A stretch of 64,000 nt of DNA from Vulcanimicrobiota bacterium (GTDB taxonomy: Bacteria > Vulcanimicrobiota > Xenobia > Xenobiales > JADMJV01). The notes beneath the pieces are model-generated. The model ran no database searches, had not been told where the DNA came from, and saw only the letters and a program-made list of their open reading frames with translations. The stretch covers positions 2,724,891-2,788,890 of the forward strand of contig JBFWNU010000001.1 of assembly GCA_050250895.1 (NCBI GenBank), written 5' to 3'. The position numbers and the translations under genes are program-made. Below are positions 36,565 to 46,006 of this stretch, piece after piece (the first letter of the stretch is position 1; the number at the start of each line of letters is the position of its first letter).

Positions 36565-37402
36565 CCGATACCGTTGTGCTGTTGAACCAGCCCGGCCGGT
36601 CGATGGTCAGGCTTTGACCGTCGCGCCGGATCTCGGTGTCGTTGGCCAGACCGGCCGGGTCCACCAGAATCCTGTCGGGCTCGACCGTGATGGTGGTGCC
36701 GTTGGCGAATCCGGGCCTGTCGATGGTCAGGCCGTTGCTGTTGACCGAGATGCGGGTGCTGTCGAGGGCCCCGGGAGGATCGATGTCGACATGGTTGCCG
36801 GCCCGCGAGATGACGAAGGCCTGACCGGCGCCACCGGGATCGACCACCAGGCGGTTGTTCTGGCGTTCGACCGTGATCTCGTTGAAGGCTCCGTGGGGAT
36901 CGATGATGGTGAGGTTTTCGCTCTGGCGGATGTCGACATCGAGCCGCGAACCGCGCCGGTCGAGCTTGGCTCGGCGCCCATCGATCGTCACGTTGGTCGA
37001 ATCGAACCAGCTCGGATTGATATTGACCCGATCGCCGTGGTGGGTCACGTCGGTGGCGTTGAACATTCCCGGAGGATTCACCTGAAACGAGCCACCCAGG
37101 CCGGCGACCGCCGCCTCGATGGGAGCGTAGAAGGCTAGAAAGGGCACGAAACTCAGGTTGCCGTTGAGGTCGTAAAAAAGACCGTCGCCCAGCGAGATGC
37201 CATAGTCGGAGCGGTCTACCGCGACCTTCTCCTCCCGGGTCTTGCCGTCGGGGTCCTTGACGGTGCGCACCTCTTGCTGGCGGATCAAATCGATCTTGAC
37301 CAGATCCTCGGGGGCATAAGCCACCTCGAGTTTGATGTTTTGAGCTCCCCGGGTGAAGCCAGGGCTGGCCGGCGGCGTGGTCGGCGTGGGTCGAATCTGC
37401 AT
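36554..37402 (-). CDS. Hypothetical protein with ~21-aa tandem beta repeats
   Basis: GAGGAG RBS; about nine repeats of IDPPGxxNxTxIxxxGNxLx. Confidence 0.75.
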   Translation of the reverse strand: MQIRPTPTTPPASPGFTRGAQNIKLEVAYAPEDLVKIDLIRQQEVRTVKDPDGKTREEKVAVDRSDYGISLGDGLFYDLNGNLSFVPFLAFYAPIEAAVAGLGGSFQVNPPGMFNATDVTHHGDRVNINPSWFDSTNVTIDGRRAKLDRRGSRLDVDIRQSENLTIIDPHGAFNEITVERQNNRLVVDPGGAGQAFVISRAGNHVDIDPPGALDSTRISVNSNGLTIDRPGFANGTTITVEPDRILVDPAGLANDTEIRRDGQSLTIDRPGWFNSTTVSAKG

Positions 37403-37466
37403 GACGTAACTCCTCGGCCCCACTCTAGAGGCGGCGAATTACGTGTTTATGAACGAGTTTTGAACT

Positions 37467-39032
37467 TTAACCCAGGTTGACCGGGCACTTACCCCGGGCT
37501 TGGAGTTGGCCGGTCAAGACCCGGCCCAGTGCGTTGAGGCTGAGGGGAGTGTAGTTGTAGCTCAAAACCACGTTGGGCGCCTCGATGTGGGCCAGCAGAT
37601 AGGGGCTGGCCAGGGAGACCACCACACAGTTCGTCTTTTGTTCGAGCAACAAGCGAATAAGGTCTCGCTGTGAGTCGGGGAGGCGGTCGCGGCCGTAAAC
37701 GGCCACCACCACGTTGGCGAACTCACCGGCCTGTTGGGCCAACATGGTCAGGGCCGGACCATCGCCGTGGCTATGATAGCGCTTCTCCTCGGTCTCGACC
37801 CCGGTCATGTGGGCCGCCAGCGATTCGCTGCGCGAGACCTCTCCCAGCGGAGTCTGGGGCAGCAGATCGGGCATCAGTACCAGTGTTTTTCCGCGCAGCG
37901 GCAAGACCCCGGGCTGCTGGCGCAAAACGGTGATGGTGCGGTCCACGATCGAGGCCATGCCGCGGCGATGGCCCTCGAGATCGTAGTTGACCGGAGTGGG
38001 GCGTTCGCAGAAGCGGCGTTTGAGTGCAAAAATTCGCTCGAGGGATGCATCCAGCCGTTCTTCGGCCAATCGTCCGCTCTGGACCGCCTCGACCAGACCG
38101 CGCAAACTCTCGAGATGATTCTGGAACGGACCACAGGCCAGCACCACATCGGCTCCGGCTTCGACGCTCATGACGGCGGCCTCGGCGACTCCGAAGCGGT
38201 CGGCGATGGCCAGCATGGCCATCGAGTCGGTGAAGATCAGGCCTTCGAAGCCCATCTGCTCGCGCAGCAAGCCCGTCAAAATCGGGCGCGACAAGGTGGC
38301 CGGAAGGCCCGGGGTAGGGTCGAAAGCCGGAAAGGTGATATGAGCCGTCATGATGGCTTCTACCTCGGCCCCGATGGCCGCCCGGAAGGGCGCCAGTTCG
38401 ACCTGCTCGAGCCGCTCACGCGAGTGGGGCACGGTGGCCAGGGCGATATGCGAGTCTTGACTGGTATCGCCGTGGCCGGGAAAGTGCTTGGCCGTCGACC
38501 CTACCCCGCCCTCGCGCAGGCCGCGAATGGCCGCCTGGCCGTGGCGTCCGACCAGTTCGGGATCGTCGCCGAACGAACGGACACCGATAATCGGGTTGTC
38601 AGGATTGCAGTTGACGTCCAGACAGGGGGCGAAGTCGAGGTGGATGCCCAGGCTGGCCATTTCACGGCCCATGATGCGATGAGCCTCGAAGGTGGCCTCG
38701 GGGTCGCCGGTGGCGGCCAGAGCCATCGGTCCGGGCGAAAGCGTCATCTCGTCAAAGCGAAAGCGATCGACAAGACCGCCCTCCTGGTCGACCGTCATCA
38801 GAGGCACGATCGAGCCGGCCTCGTGGATCTGGTTGACCAGGTCAACCACTTGCTGGCGGGTCGAAACGTTCTTGGCGAACAGGATCACCCCGTTCCAGGG
38901 GTGGGCCGTCAGGTGGGCCCGGGTCGGCTCGGAAAGCTCGAGACCCGGGATGTCGATCATGATCATCTGGGCGGCTTTGGCCTCAAGTGAGAGGGAAGAA
39001 ATGGGGGGGATGGACTCGGTCAGTTGGCTCAT
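37467..39032 (-). CDS. nagZ: GH3 beta-N-acetylhexosaminidase (NagZ-like)
   Basis: DQEGG, FAPCLD, IGVRSFG, KHFPGHGDT..DSH, IMTAH, TDSM; start reassigned to MSQLTES. Confidence 0.88.
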   Translation of the reverse strand: MSQLTESIPPISSLSLEAKAAQMIMIDIPGLELSEPTRAHLTAHPWNGVILFAKNVSTRQQVVDLVNQIHEAGSIVPLMTVDQEGGLVDRFRFDEMTLSPGPMALAATGDPEATFEAHRIMGREMASLGIHLDFAPCLDVNCNPDNPIIGVRSFGDDPELVGRHGQAAIRGLREGGVGSTAKHFPGHGDTSQDSHIALATVPHSRERLEQVELAPFRAAIGAEVEAIMTAHITFPAFDPTPGLPATLSRPILTGLLREQMGFEGLIFTDSMAMLAIADRFGVAEAAVMSVEAGADVVLACGPFQNHLESLRGLVEAVQSGRLAEERLDASLERIFALKRRFCERPTPVNYDLEGHRRGMASIVDRTITVLRQQPGVLPLRGKTLVLMPDLLPQTPLGEVSRSESLAAHMTGVETEEKRYHSHGDGPALTMLAQQAGEFANVVVAVYGRDRLPDSQRDLIRLLLEQKTNCVVVSLASPYLLAHIEAPNVVLSYNYTPLSLNALGRVLTGQLQARGKCPVNLG

Positions 39033-39043
39033 CGCCGCGAGTT

Positions 39044-40486
39044 CTACGCGCGTAGATCCCGAACCTTCTCGAGGTTTTTCGCGGTCTCCATCACGGTCTT
39101 GATGGCTCGGGAGAGGAAGGTCAAGCGCCGGGATTCGAGATATTGATCGAGGTCGTCGACCAGGGCCCCCAGCCCAGCCACGCCCTCGGCGACCTGCCTT
39201 TGAGCCTTCAGCACATGTTCGGGCAACTCGAGTCCGGTGGGGAACTGATCGAGCAGATATTGAGCTCCCAACTGCCGACCGCGGGTCAGCCGCACCCACT
39301 CGGCCAGGGTGGCGGTGGCCTCTTCGCCGGTCAACTGTTCTTCGCAGGCCCCCAACAAGCCACGCCAGAAGGCGTCTTTGCCTGTCTCTTGCTGCTGCAG
39401 CATCTGTTTGGGCATGCGGGCGCCGCAATCGCAGATCCTGGCCGTTATCGGGTTTGACGAGCCACAGCGCGGGCAGTTGAGCAGGCCCTCGCGCTGCGCC
39501 AACCCCCCGAAAAGAGCCATCTGCTCCGCCAGTTCGGGACCGGCCTCCAGCAACATCGGAAGGGCGTCGTTTTGCCGCCGAGCCGAGTCGGGTTTGGCCA
39601 GCACCAGTTCCAACGCCTGGCCGCTCTGCTCGAGGGCCCAACGGCAGGTGCCCAGACTCTCGTAGACGTGGCTCTCGGGGTCGCTGGCACTGGCTGCCGC
39701 CATTTCGAACTCGAAACAGGTGCGCACCAGTTGGCCGCGCGCCCATTGCAAGCACTCGAGCAGCCGGGCGGGCGGATAGATGGCGTCGGCGGCCGCGGCC
39801 AGACCGTGGATGGACCAGTCGAGCACGGGCACACCGGTGGGGCCGCCGCCGTAGGCCCAGGCCATCGACGAGATGAAAACCTCCTCGAGCCCCTCGCAGG
39901 CGATCAGAAACTTCTCGGCTCCGCTGGCCAGATGGCGTTTCTCGTGGTCGCCCAGAAAAGCGTCCATCTCTTGCAGCGCAGCCAGCACCTCACGGCAGGC
40001 CTTCTGGGCTTTACCCCCGCGAAAAGGGTCGCTGTCTTGCTCGAACCTCTTCATGCCCTCGGCGAATTGGGCCCAGAGGGCCTCGATCACCGCCGCCAGG
40101 CCGTCGGGCTCGAGTTCGCCGCGCCCCAGCAAACCCAGGACCTGTTGAAAGAAGTTGAGCAAGGGATAAGGCTGCTGGCCGCCCTCGATGGAGTATTCGG
40201 GAGGAACGTCAAAGAGCGGGCAGACCCAGCTGGCGATCTCGGCCCGTTCGTGAGGCAGGGTCTCGTCGAGGTATTGGACCAGCTCGGCCCCTCGCAAGAC
40301 CTGGGCTTGCAGCAAGACCACCTGCCAGCTTACCGGTTTCTCGCCCGGAGGCTGGCGTAACCAGGCTAGACTGTTGAAGAACTCGGCGTTCTCGTTGGGC
40401 AGCTGGTCGAGCACCAGACCGGCCACGCGTCGCAGCAGGCGAGCGCATTGGCGAGAGGGGTTATCCAACAGGTGCAGATGTAGCAC
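39044..40486 (-). CDS. Helical hypothetical protein with zinc-ribbon motif
   Basis: 480 aa; CPRCGSSN....ICDCG. Confidence 0.65.
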   Translation of the reverse strand: MLHLHLLDNPSRQCARLLRRVAGLVLDQLPNENAEFFNSLAWLRQPPGEKPVSWQVVLLQAQVLRGAELVQYLDETLPHERAEIASWVCPLFDVPPEYSIEGGQQPYPLLNFFQQVLGLLGRGELEPDGLAAVIEALWAQFAEGMKRFEQDSDPFRGGKAQKACREVLAALQEMDAFLGDHEKRHLASGAEKFLIACEGLEEVFISSMAWAYGGGPTGVPVLDWSIHGLAAAADAIYPPARLLECLQWARGQLVRTCFEFEMAAASASDPESHVYESLGTCRWALEQSGQALELVLAKPDSARRQNDALPMLLEAGPELAEQMALFGGLAQREGLLNCPRCGSSNPITARICDCGARMPKQMLQQQETGKDAFWRGLLGACEEQLTGEEATATLAEWVRLTRGRQLGAQYLLDQFPTGLELPEHVLKAQRQVAEGVAGLGALVDDLDQYLESRRLTFLSRAIKTVMETAKNLEKVRDLRA

Positions 40487-40492
40487 CCCGCG

Positions 40493-42538
40493 TTAGAACT
40501 GAACCACCTTGCGGCGCTGAGTGTTGTCGACGCGAACGAAGCGAAGGACCGTCAGGCTCGAAAGGCGGATACGGTCGCCGGGACTGAGCTTGCGTTCGGC
40601 CCCGGGCAACAAGGAAACGCCGTTGAGGAAGGTCGGGTTGGTCTCGCTACGATGCTGGATATAAAACTGCTCGTCTCGAAAGACGATCGAGACGTGGGTG
40701 CGGGAGACTTCGAGGTCGCTCAAGCGCACCTCGCAGGCCTTGCCGCGACCCACCACGATGCGCTGCTTCGAGAACACGAAGGCTTTGTCTTGGTCGTTGG
40801 CCACGCCGCTTTCGACGGCCAGGCGAAATTGCGCCAGCACATCGACGGTGTGACGCTCGAGAAAGCAGAAGATCGAGTCGCCCAGCTCGATCCGGTCACC
40901 GGTCATGAGCACCACATGGTCGTTGGACTTGAGGGGAACCTGGTTGACGGTCACCGAGCCGCTCTGCCCTTCGTTGAGCAAGGAGAACCGTTTTTCGCGA
41001 TAACGCAGCATGGCCTGGCGATTCGACACACCAAAGCTGTCGATGATGATGTCGTTGGTGCGCTCGCCGGTGGCCCCGATGGAGATGGTGCGTCCCTCAG
41101 GCAGATCGCCCTCGGAGAGGGCTATCTGGCAGCCCTGATTTGGCCCGGCCAGAAAGTCGAAGACGTAGTCGTAGGTTCGCTTCCAGGGCCAGGACAGAGG
41201 ACTGGGTGCCGGCTCGGCGCTCGCAGGAGGTCGGCGCGCCGGGGCGGCCGGATTTTGGGCTGCCACTTGCGAGCGGTTGCCCAGGGTTTCGCGACCCGAG
41301 ATGGTGTCATTGCCCGGCACGGCCGTGCGTCGCGCCCACACGGGGGAAGCCTCGTCGGTGGGCACGGTGTGTCCCACCGTATCGTCAGAAGGGATCACAT
41401 CGGGTTGAATCGGTGCCGGCTGGTAGCTGCGCACCGGCGATGGGGTCGGCTCTGGCGCCGGCTGGGGACTGGTGGGCGGGCTGCGAAACGGCGACTGGGC
41501 CGGTTGCCACTCGTCCTGGCCGGAGCGTGGCGTCATCAACCCCGGTCGGGTGTCGGCCAGCGAGACCCGATCGGTTGGCGAGGGGCGCGCCGCGCGCCGA
41601 ACCACCAGGGCCGAGCGCCCGGCCAGGATGACATCTCCTTCCTGGAGCAAGGTGGGACGCTGACGATCCACCGGGATCTCGCGTGGACTACCGCTAACCA
41701 CGCGACGGACCGCCATGGGCACCCGGCTCGAATCGGACTGCAGCAAGCCGTAGGTGCCCTCGCGACCCTGCCATACCAACATTCCCTGTTCGGAGGGTAA
41801 GGCGTCGTCGTTGAGCAGAACGCCTTGACCACCGCGGGGGTCATCAAAGCCCTCGCGGTGACCGATAATCAAAATCATCTCTTCGAGCGGGAAATTGGCA
41901 CCCTTGTCGGGTCCTTCGGCCACCACCAGCATGTAGGCTGTGTCTGACGGCGTTTCGCCGCGGCTGGGGGTGACGCTAAAGGAGGTCCCGGAAGGCTTGC
42001 GCGGCGGCGGCTCCCAACCGTAACTGGGCGCTGGCGCGGCCGGCTCTGGAGCCATCGGCCGCTGAGGGGGAGGATCGCGACGTTGGCGCTCGACCTCGGA
42101 AAGCGCCTCGAGAATGGGACCCACCACCGAACTGGGGGGCTTCTTGGGCTTCTGCACGGCCTTGCCGAGGCGCCCGCTGCGAGCTTCGGCCTCGCGCTGG
42201 GCGGCCACCGGGTCGGCCTTCTCGAGACCCACCACCAGCAATCCCATCTGAATAGTGCAGCCAGGGTCGAGCAGCTTTTTCTCGACCGGGGCGCCATCGA
42301 TCAGGGTCGGGTTGGTGCGACTTTTGTGTTCGATGAGATACTTGTTTTTCTTTTTCTGCCACTTCAGGACAGCATGAATACGCGACACCGTAGGCTCGTT
42401 GAAGAAGATCATCTTCGGTGCGCGTTCGGACTTGTTGGCGGCTCTACCGAGGGTAATCTGCTCGTGCTCGAGCGGCACGACGCGGCCTTTATTCTTCCCC
42501 TCGATGACCCGTAGCTGCAGTCCTGAAGTCCAGGTCAT
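40493..42538 (-). CDS. Multi-FHA-domain protein (four FHA-like domains, Pro-rich linkers)
   Basis: LGR..VSRIHA..SRTNPT and VGR..VSRTH..SETNPTFLNG canonical domains; two degenerate internal domains. Confidence 0.85.
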   Translation of the reverse strand: MTWTSGLQLRVIEGKNKGRVVPLEHEQITLGRAANKSERAPKMIFFNEPTVSRIHAVLKWQKKKNKYLIEHKSRTNPTLIDGAPVEKKLLDPGCTIQMGLLVVGLEKADPVAAQREAEARSGRLGKAVQKPKKPPSSVVGPILEALSEVERQRRDPPPQRPMAPEPAAPAPSYGWEPPPRKPSGTSFSVTPSRGETPSDTAYMLVVAEGPDKGANFPLEEMILIIGHREGFDDPRGGQGVLLNDDALPSEQGMLVWQGREGTYGLLQSDSSRVPMAVRRVVSGSPREIPVDRQRPTLLQEGDVILAGRSALVVRRAARPSPTDRVSLADTRPGLMTPRSGQDEWQPAQSPFRSPPTSPQPAPEPTPSPVRSYQPAPIQPDVIPSDDTVGHTVPTDEASPVWARRTAVPGNDTISGRETLGNRSQVAAQNPAAPARRPPASAEPAPSPLSWPWKRTYDYVFDFLAGPNQGCQIALSEGDLPEGRTISIGATGERTNDIIIDSFGVSNRQAMLRYREKRFSLLNEGQSGSVTVNQVPLKSNDHVVLMTGDRIELGDSIFCFLERHTVDVLAQFRLAVESGVANDQDKAFVFSKQRIVVGRGKACEVRLSDLEVSRTHVSIVFRDEQFYIQHRSETNPTFLNGVSLLPGAERKLSPGDRIRLSSLTVLRFVRVDNTQRRKVVQF

Positions 42539-42707
42539 GAACGGGAACTTCTAGCGCCTTTGGACTGTGCCCTCCTGGGAAAAGTGGGGTTCTGGCAAAG
42601 ATTTGTTCACGATCCTGTAACAATTTTAGCAGCCTGTTAACCTGTTCGCCCCCTGAGAAGTGATAGTTCGATACTATGATGAGAAAAAGCCACGAGAGAG
42701 TAACCCA

Positions 42708-43022
42708 ATGCTGAGACTGGACAACCGTCGCCGAGCCCCCCGCTTTAACAACCCCCTGACCGTAGAATGCAACGGCTTTCGCGCCACCTTGCTTAACCTC
42801 AGTCATGACGGGGCCCGCCTGATGCTCGAAGACGATAGTCCGATGCTGCGCCTGCGAATGGGCCTGGGTGCTCACGAAGTCAGCATGCTGGCCGAAGTGG
42901 TTTGGAGCGAGCAGTGGGGCGGCCGCCGCGTGGTCGGGGTCACTTTCTTCGGCATGTCCGATCACACTCGGACGGTGGTTCGCTCCTGGCTTACCAAGCA
43001 ACTCACGCCCACCGCTGCTTAA
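42708..43022 (+). CDS. Stand-alone PilZ domain protein
   Basis: NRRRAPR and NLSHDG motifs, AEVVW, GVTF. Confidence 0.85.
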   Translation: MLRLDNRRRAPRFNNPLTVECNGFRATLLNLSHDGARLMLEDDSPMLRLRMGLGAHEVSMLAEVVWSEQWGGRRVVGVTFFGMSDHTRTVVRSWLTKQLTPTAA

Positions 43023-43073
43023 GGGAGCAGCCTGCGGCTGAGATCTCGACGCTTCGCCTCGACAGGGAGCGGC

Positions 43074-44135
43074 TCAGCGGCCAGCCAGGGCCAGCACCTC
43101 GAGATGATGCGTGTGGGGGAAGAAGTCGTAGGGACGCAGGCTTTCAACCCGGTAGCCATGGGCTTCGAGTTGTTCCAGGTCGCGACGCAGGCTGCCCGGG
43201 CTGCAGGAGAGGTAGGCCAGCCGGACCGGACGCGCAACTTCGGCCAACCAGGAAAGAACCGACCTCTCCAGGCCCGTCCGGGGAGGGTTGAGGTAGGCCA
43301 GGCGTGGGCCGCAAGTCCACCAGGCCTCGAGTTGAGGTAGGCGATGTTCGGCTTTGCCTCGCAGGATGGTCGCTTCGGGGGCATTGAGGGCGGCCATTTG
43401 CACCGCTTCGCCGCTGAGTTCCACGCCAACCGCCCGGGCTCCCGCCGCAAGCCAGAGGCGCAGGCTGTGCCCTAGACCGCAGTAGAGGTCGACGAGTTGG
43501 CTCTCGGGGCCAGCCCCAAGAAACTCGGCAGCTTCTTGCAGCGACTCCTGATGTAGCTGGGGCCGGACCTGCAGGAAGGCGGTGGGCCCATAGGCCAGGC
43601 CCCGCTCGTCGGTGGAGCGCGAGCGACCCCATAGTAGACGCCAGGCACCTTTGCCGAACATCCGCTTGCCGGCGGCCGGGTGCACATGCAGCCACAGGCC
43701 GTCAAGGCCCACGCTGGCCAGCCAACCGGCGTCCAACTCGAGAGCATGGTCGGCCCGGCTCACCAGTGTTGCCTGGGCTCCGTTAACCACCAGAAAGGCG
43801 AGCCGTAAGCCGGGCGGCAGGTCGGCCAGGCCGGAGGCCAGGCGATTGACCCGGTCGGTGTGGAGCGGGCAGTGGGGGATGGCGATGAATTCCTCCTGGC
43901 GTCGCAGGCCGAACTGCCAGCCCCGGTCGTACTCGGCCCTCAGTCTGACCCGGTCACGATAGTGCCAATCCTCGGCTCCGAAACGGGCGGTCTGCAGTCG
44001 GTCCAGCCAGGGGTCAAGCTTGGTGCGGGCCCAGGCCAACTTGGCCTCGAGGCTCTGGCTGGCCGACAGGTCCCGATAGCGACACCCGGGGCATTCGGGG
44101 CGGCACCCGACCGGAGGATTAGCGGTCGGGGGCAA
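43074..44135 (-). CDS. RlmD/TrmA-family RNA (uracil-C5)-methyltransferase
   Basis: C..ECPGC, AFLQV, DLYCGLG, NPPRTG, YLSCSP.SL.RD, DFFPHTHHLE; start placed at TTG 44135. Confidence 0.85.
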   Translation of the reverse strand: MPPTANPPVGCRPECPGCRYRDLSASQSLEAKLAWARTKLDPWLDRLQTARFGAEDWHYRDRVRLRAEYDRGWQFGLRRQEEFIAIPHCPLHTDRVNRLASGLADLPPGLRLAFLVVNGAQATLVSRADHALELDAGWLASVGLDGLWLHVHPAAGKRMFGKGAWRLLWGRSRSTDERGLAYGPTAFLQVRPQLHQESLQEAAEFLGAGPESQLVDLYCGLGHSLRLWLAAGARAVGVELSGEAVQMAALNAPEATILRGKAEHRLPQLEAWWTCGPRLAYLNPPRTGLERSVLSWLAEVARPVRLAYLSCSPGSLRRDLEQLEAHGYRVESLRPYDFFPHTHHLEVLALAGR

Positions 44136-45771
44136 CGGCGGTGGCCAGCGGGGCCAACTTGTTTTCGATGGCCTCGAGCATGGGCGACAGAGTGCTCGCA
44201 TCGATGGCCGAGACACAAGGGAAGGGATACTCGTCGAGGATCTCCTCGAGTTCTTCTGACGACACCTGATCGGCTTTGTTGAAGACCAGCAAGATGGGCA
44301 GGTTGTCCAGGGCCAGGTCAGCCAGGATCCGCTCCACCGCCAGGATCTGATCGCGAAAGTGAGGGTTCGACACATCCACCAGATGCAACAACAGGTCGGC
44401 GTCATAGAGTTCTTCGAGGGTGGCGTGGAAAGCCTTGGCCAGATCGCTGGGCAGATCGCGGATGAATCCCACCGTGTCGGTCAGGATGGCGTGTTGGCCT
44501 GAAGGCAGATAGAGCCGTCTGGAAGTAGGGTCCAGGGTGGCGAAGAGACGGTCTTCGGCCAGGATGTCGCTGCCGGTCAAGGTGTTGAGCAGGGTCGACT
44601 TGCCGGCGTTGGTGTAGCCGACGATGGAGATGATCGGCAGCGGCGAGCGGTTGCGGGCCGAGCGCAAGACTTTGCGGCGCTTGGAAAGCTGCTTGAGTTC
44701 TTGCTCGAGGCGGGCGATACGGTCGCGCACACGCCGGCGCAAGACCTCGAACTTGGTCTCGCCCGGGCCGCGGGCGCCGATGCCGCCGGTCAGGCGCGAC
44801 AAGAAGTCGTCTTTGAGCACGAGGCGAGGCAGGCTGTACTTGAGCATGGCCAGTTCAACCTGCAGCTTGCCGCCGCGACTGTGGGCGCGGTGGGCGAAGA
44901 TGCCCAGAATCAGCTGGGTTCGGTCCCAGACTTCAAGTTCGCCGAACTCCGAGATAGCTCGGACCTGCGAGCCCGAAAGCTCACCGTCAAAGACCATCAG
45001 GTCGACATCTTTTTGCATGCAGTGGATGTAGAGTTCTTTCATTTTGCCGCTACCGACCACGAACTTCTTGTCGAGCTTGTTGCGGCGCTGCAGAATGGTG
45101 TCGACCACTTCCAGGTCGGCCGACTCGGCCAGGTCGACCAGCTCTTCCATCGACTCGCGCAACTCGTCGAGGCGACCGGTGGTGACGCCCACCAGAATCG
45201 CGCGTCGGCGCTTTCCGTCAACCTTGCGTGAGGCGCGAGTGGTGGCCCCGAACTCTTCCTCGAGGCTGCGGATGAAGCCTTGGAAGTCCAGGCGCAGGTC
45301 ATGGATCGCAACCGGAGGGTCGGTTTGCCAGGGCGGGCCGTCGCCATGCTCGGGTTGGAGGTAGCCGATGAAGACGTTGCCGGGCAGGCCGTTCTCTTTG
45401 ACCTCGATGGCGGCTACCAGGTCAAAACGCAGCAGGGCCAGGTCGGTCAGGTCGTCGTGGCTCAGGGGCTCGCCCTTGAGATGGGTGTGCAGGAAGCGCA
45501 GGCCACGAAAGCGAGACTTGCCAACGCGATAACGCCCCATCTCGGAAATCTCGATCTGGCGGGCGTCGCCGACGATGACGTCGACCAGCTTTCCGGCTCG
45601 GTCGACGAGAATGCCGATTTGGCGGCCGGTTTCCTCAGAGAGTTCGGTCACGGCCCGAGCGAGTTCGGGGGTGATGACCTGGTCGGGGGGGATGCGTCGC
45701 TGATAAAGCCGCTCCAGCCTTCCTAGCTGGTTCGGCTTCAGTCCGAGGGTGTTGCCTTTGACCTTTTTGAT
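44119..45771 (-). CDS. hflX: GTPase HflX (long form), probable ATC start
   Basis: [45 protein letters not shown]; N-terminal [17 protein letters not shown] extension back to ATC 45771 with GGAGG upstream. Confidence 0.92.
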   Translation of the reverse strand: MKKVKGNTLGLKPNQLGRLERLYQRRIPPDQVITPELARAVTELSEETGRQIGILVDRAGKLVDVIVGDARQIEISEMGRYRVGKSRFRGLRFLHTHLKGEPLSHDDLTDLALLRFDLVAAIEVKENGLPGNVFIGYLQPEHGDGPPWQTDPPVAIHDLRLDFQGFIRSLEEEFGATTRASRKVDGKRRRAILVGVTTGRLDELRESMEELVDLAESADLEVVDTILQRRNKLDKKFVVGSGKMKELYIHCMQKDVDLMVFDGELSGSQVRAISEFGELEVWDRTQLILGIFAHRAHSRGGKLQVELAMLKYSLPRLVLKDDFLSRLTGGIGARGPGETKFEVLRRRVRDRIARLEQELKQLSKRRKVLRSARNRSPLPIISIVGYTNAGKSTLLNTLTGSDILAEDRLFATLDPTSRRLYLPSGQHAILTDTVGFIRDLPSDLAKAFHATLEELYDADLLLHLVDVSNPHFRDQILAVERILADLALDNLPILLVFNKADQVSSEELEEILDEYPFPCVSAIDASTLSPMLEAIENKLAPLATAVAPDR

Positions 45772-46006
45772 ACGCTATCCTCCGGCCCGTATTCTAGCCG
45801 AAAGAACCAATTTTGGTCAACAGGCGGAATGACGCGCCATGAGAGAATTCGGCAGCGTTTACTGTTTGCAAAATTAGGCCAGGTCTAGGCGGCTGGTATT
45901 TTTTCTCCAGGTTTAACATGTTGGAAGCAATTTTTACATGGTGTTTACAGATTTTGTGAGTTGCACCCGTTATACTTCTACTTAGAAAGCTCATCTGGAG
46001 GACAAT

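Noticed and set aside
39033-39755. N-terminal 241-aa extension of the GH3 ORF
   Set aside because: Overlaps the 39044-40486 gene in another frame and is Arg/Gly/Pro-rich non-protein-like sequence; the real start is likely 39032
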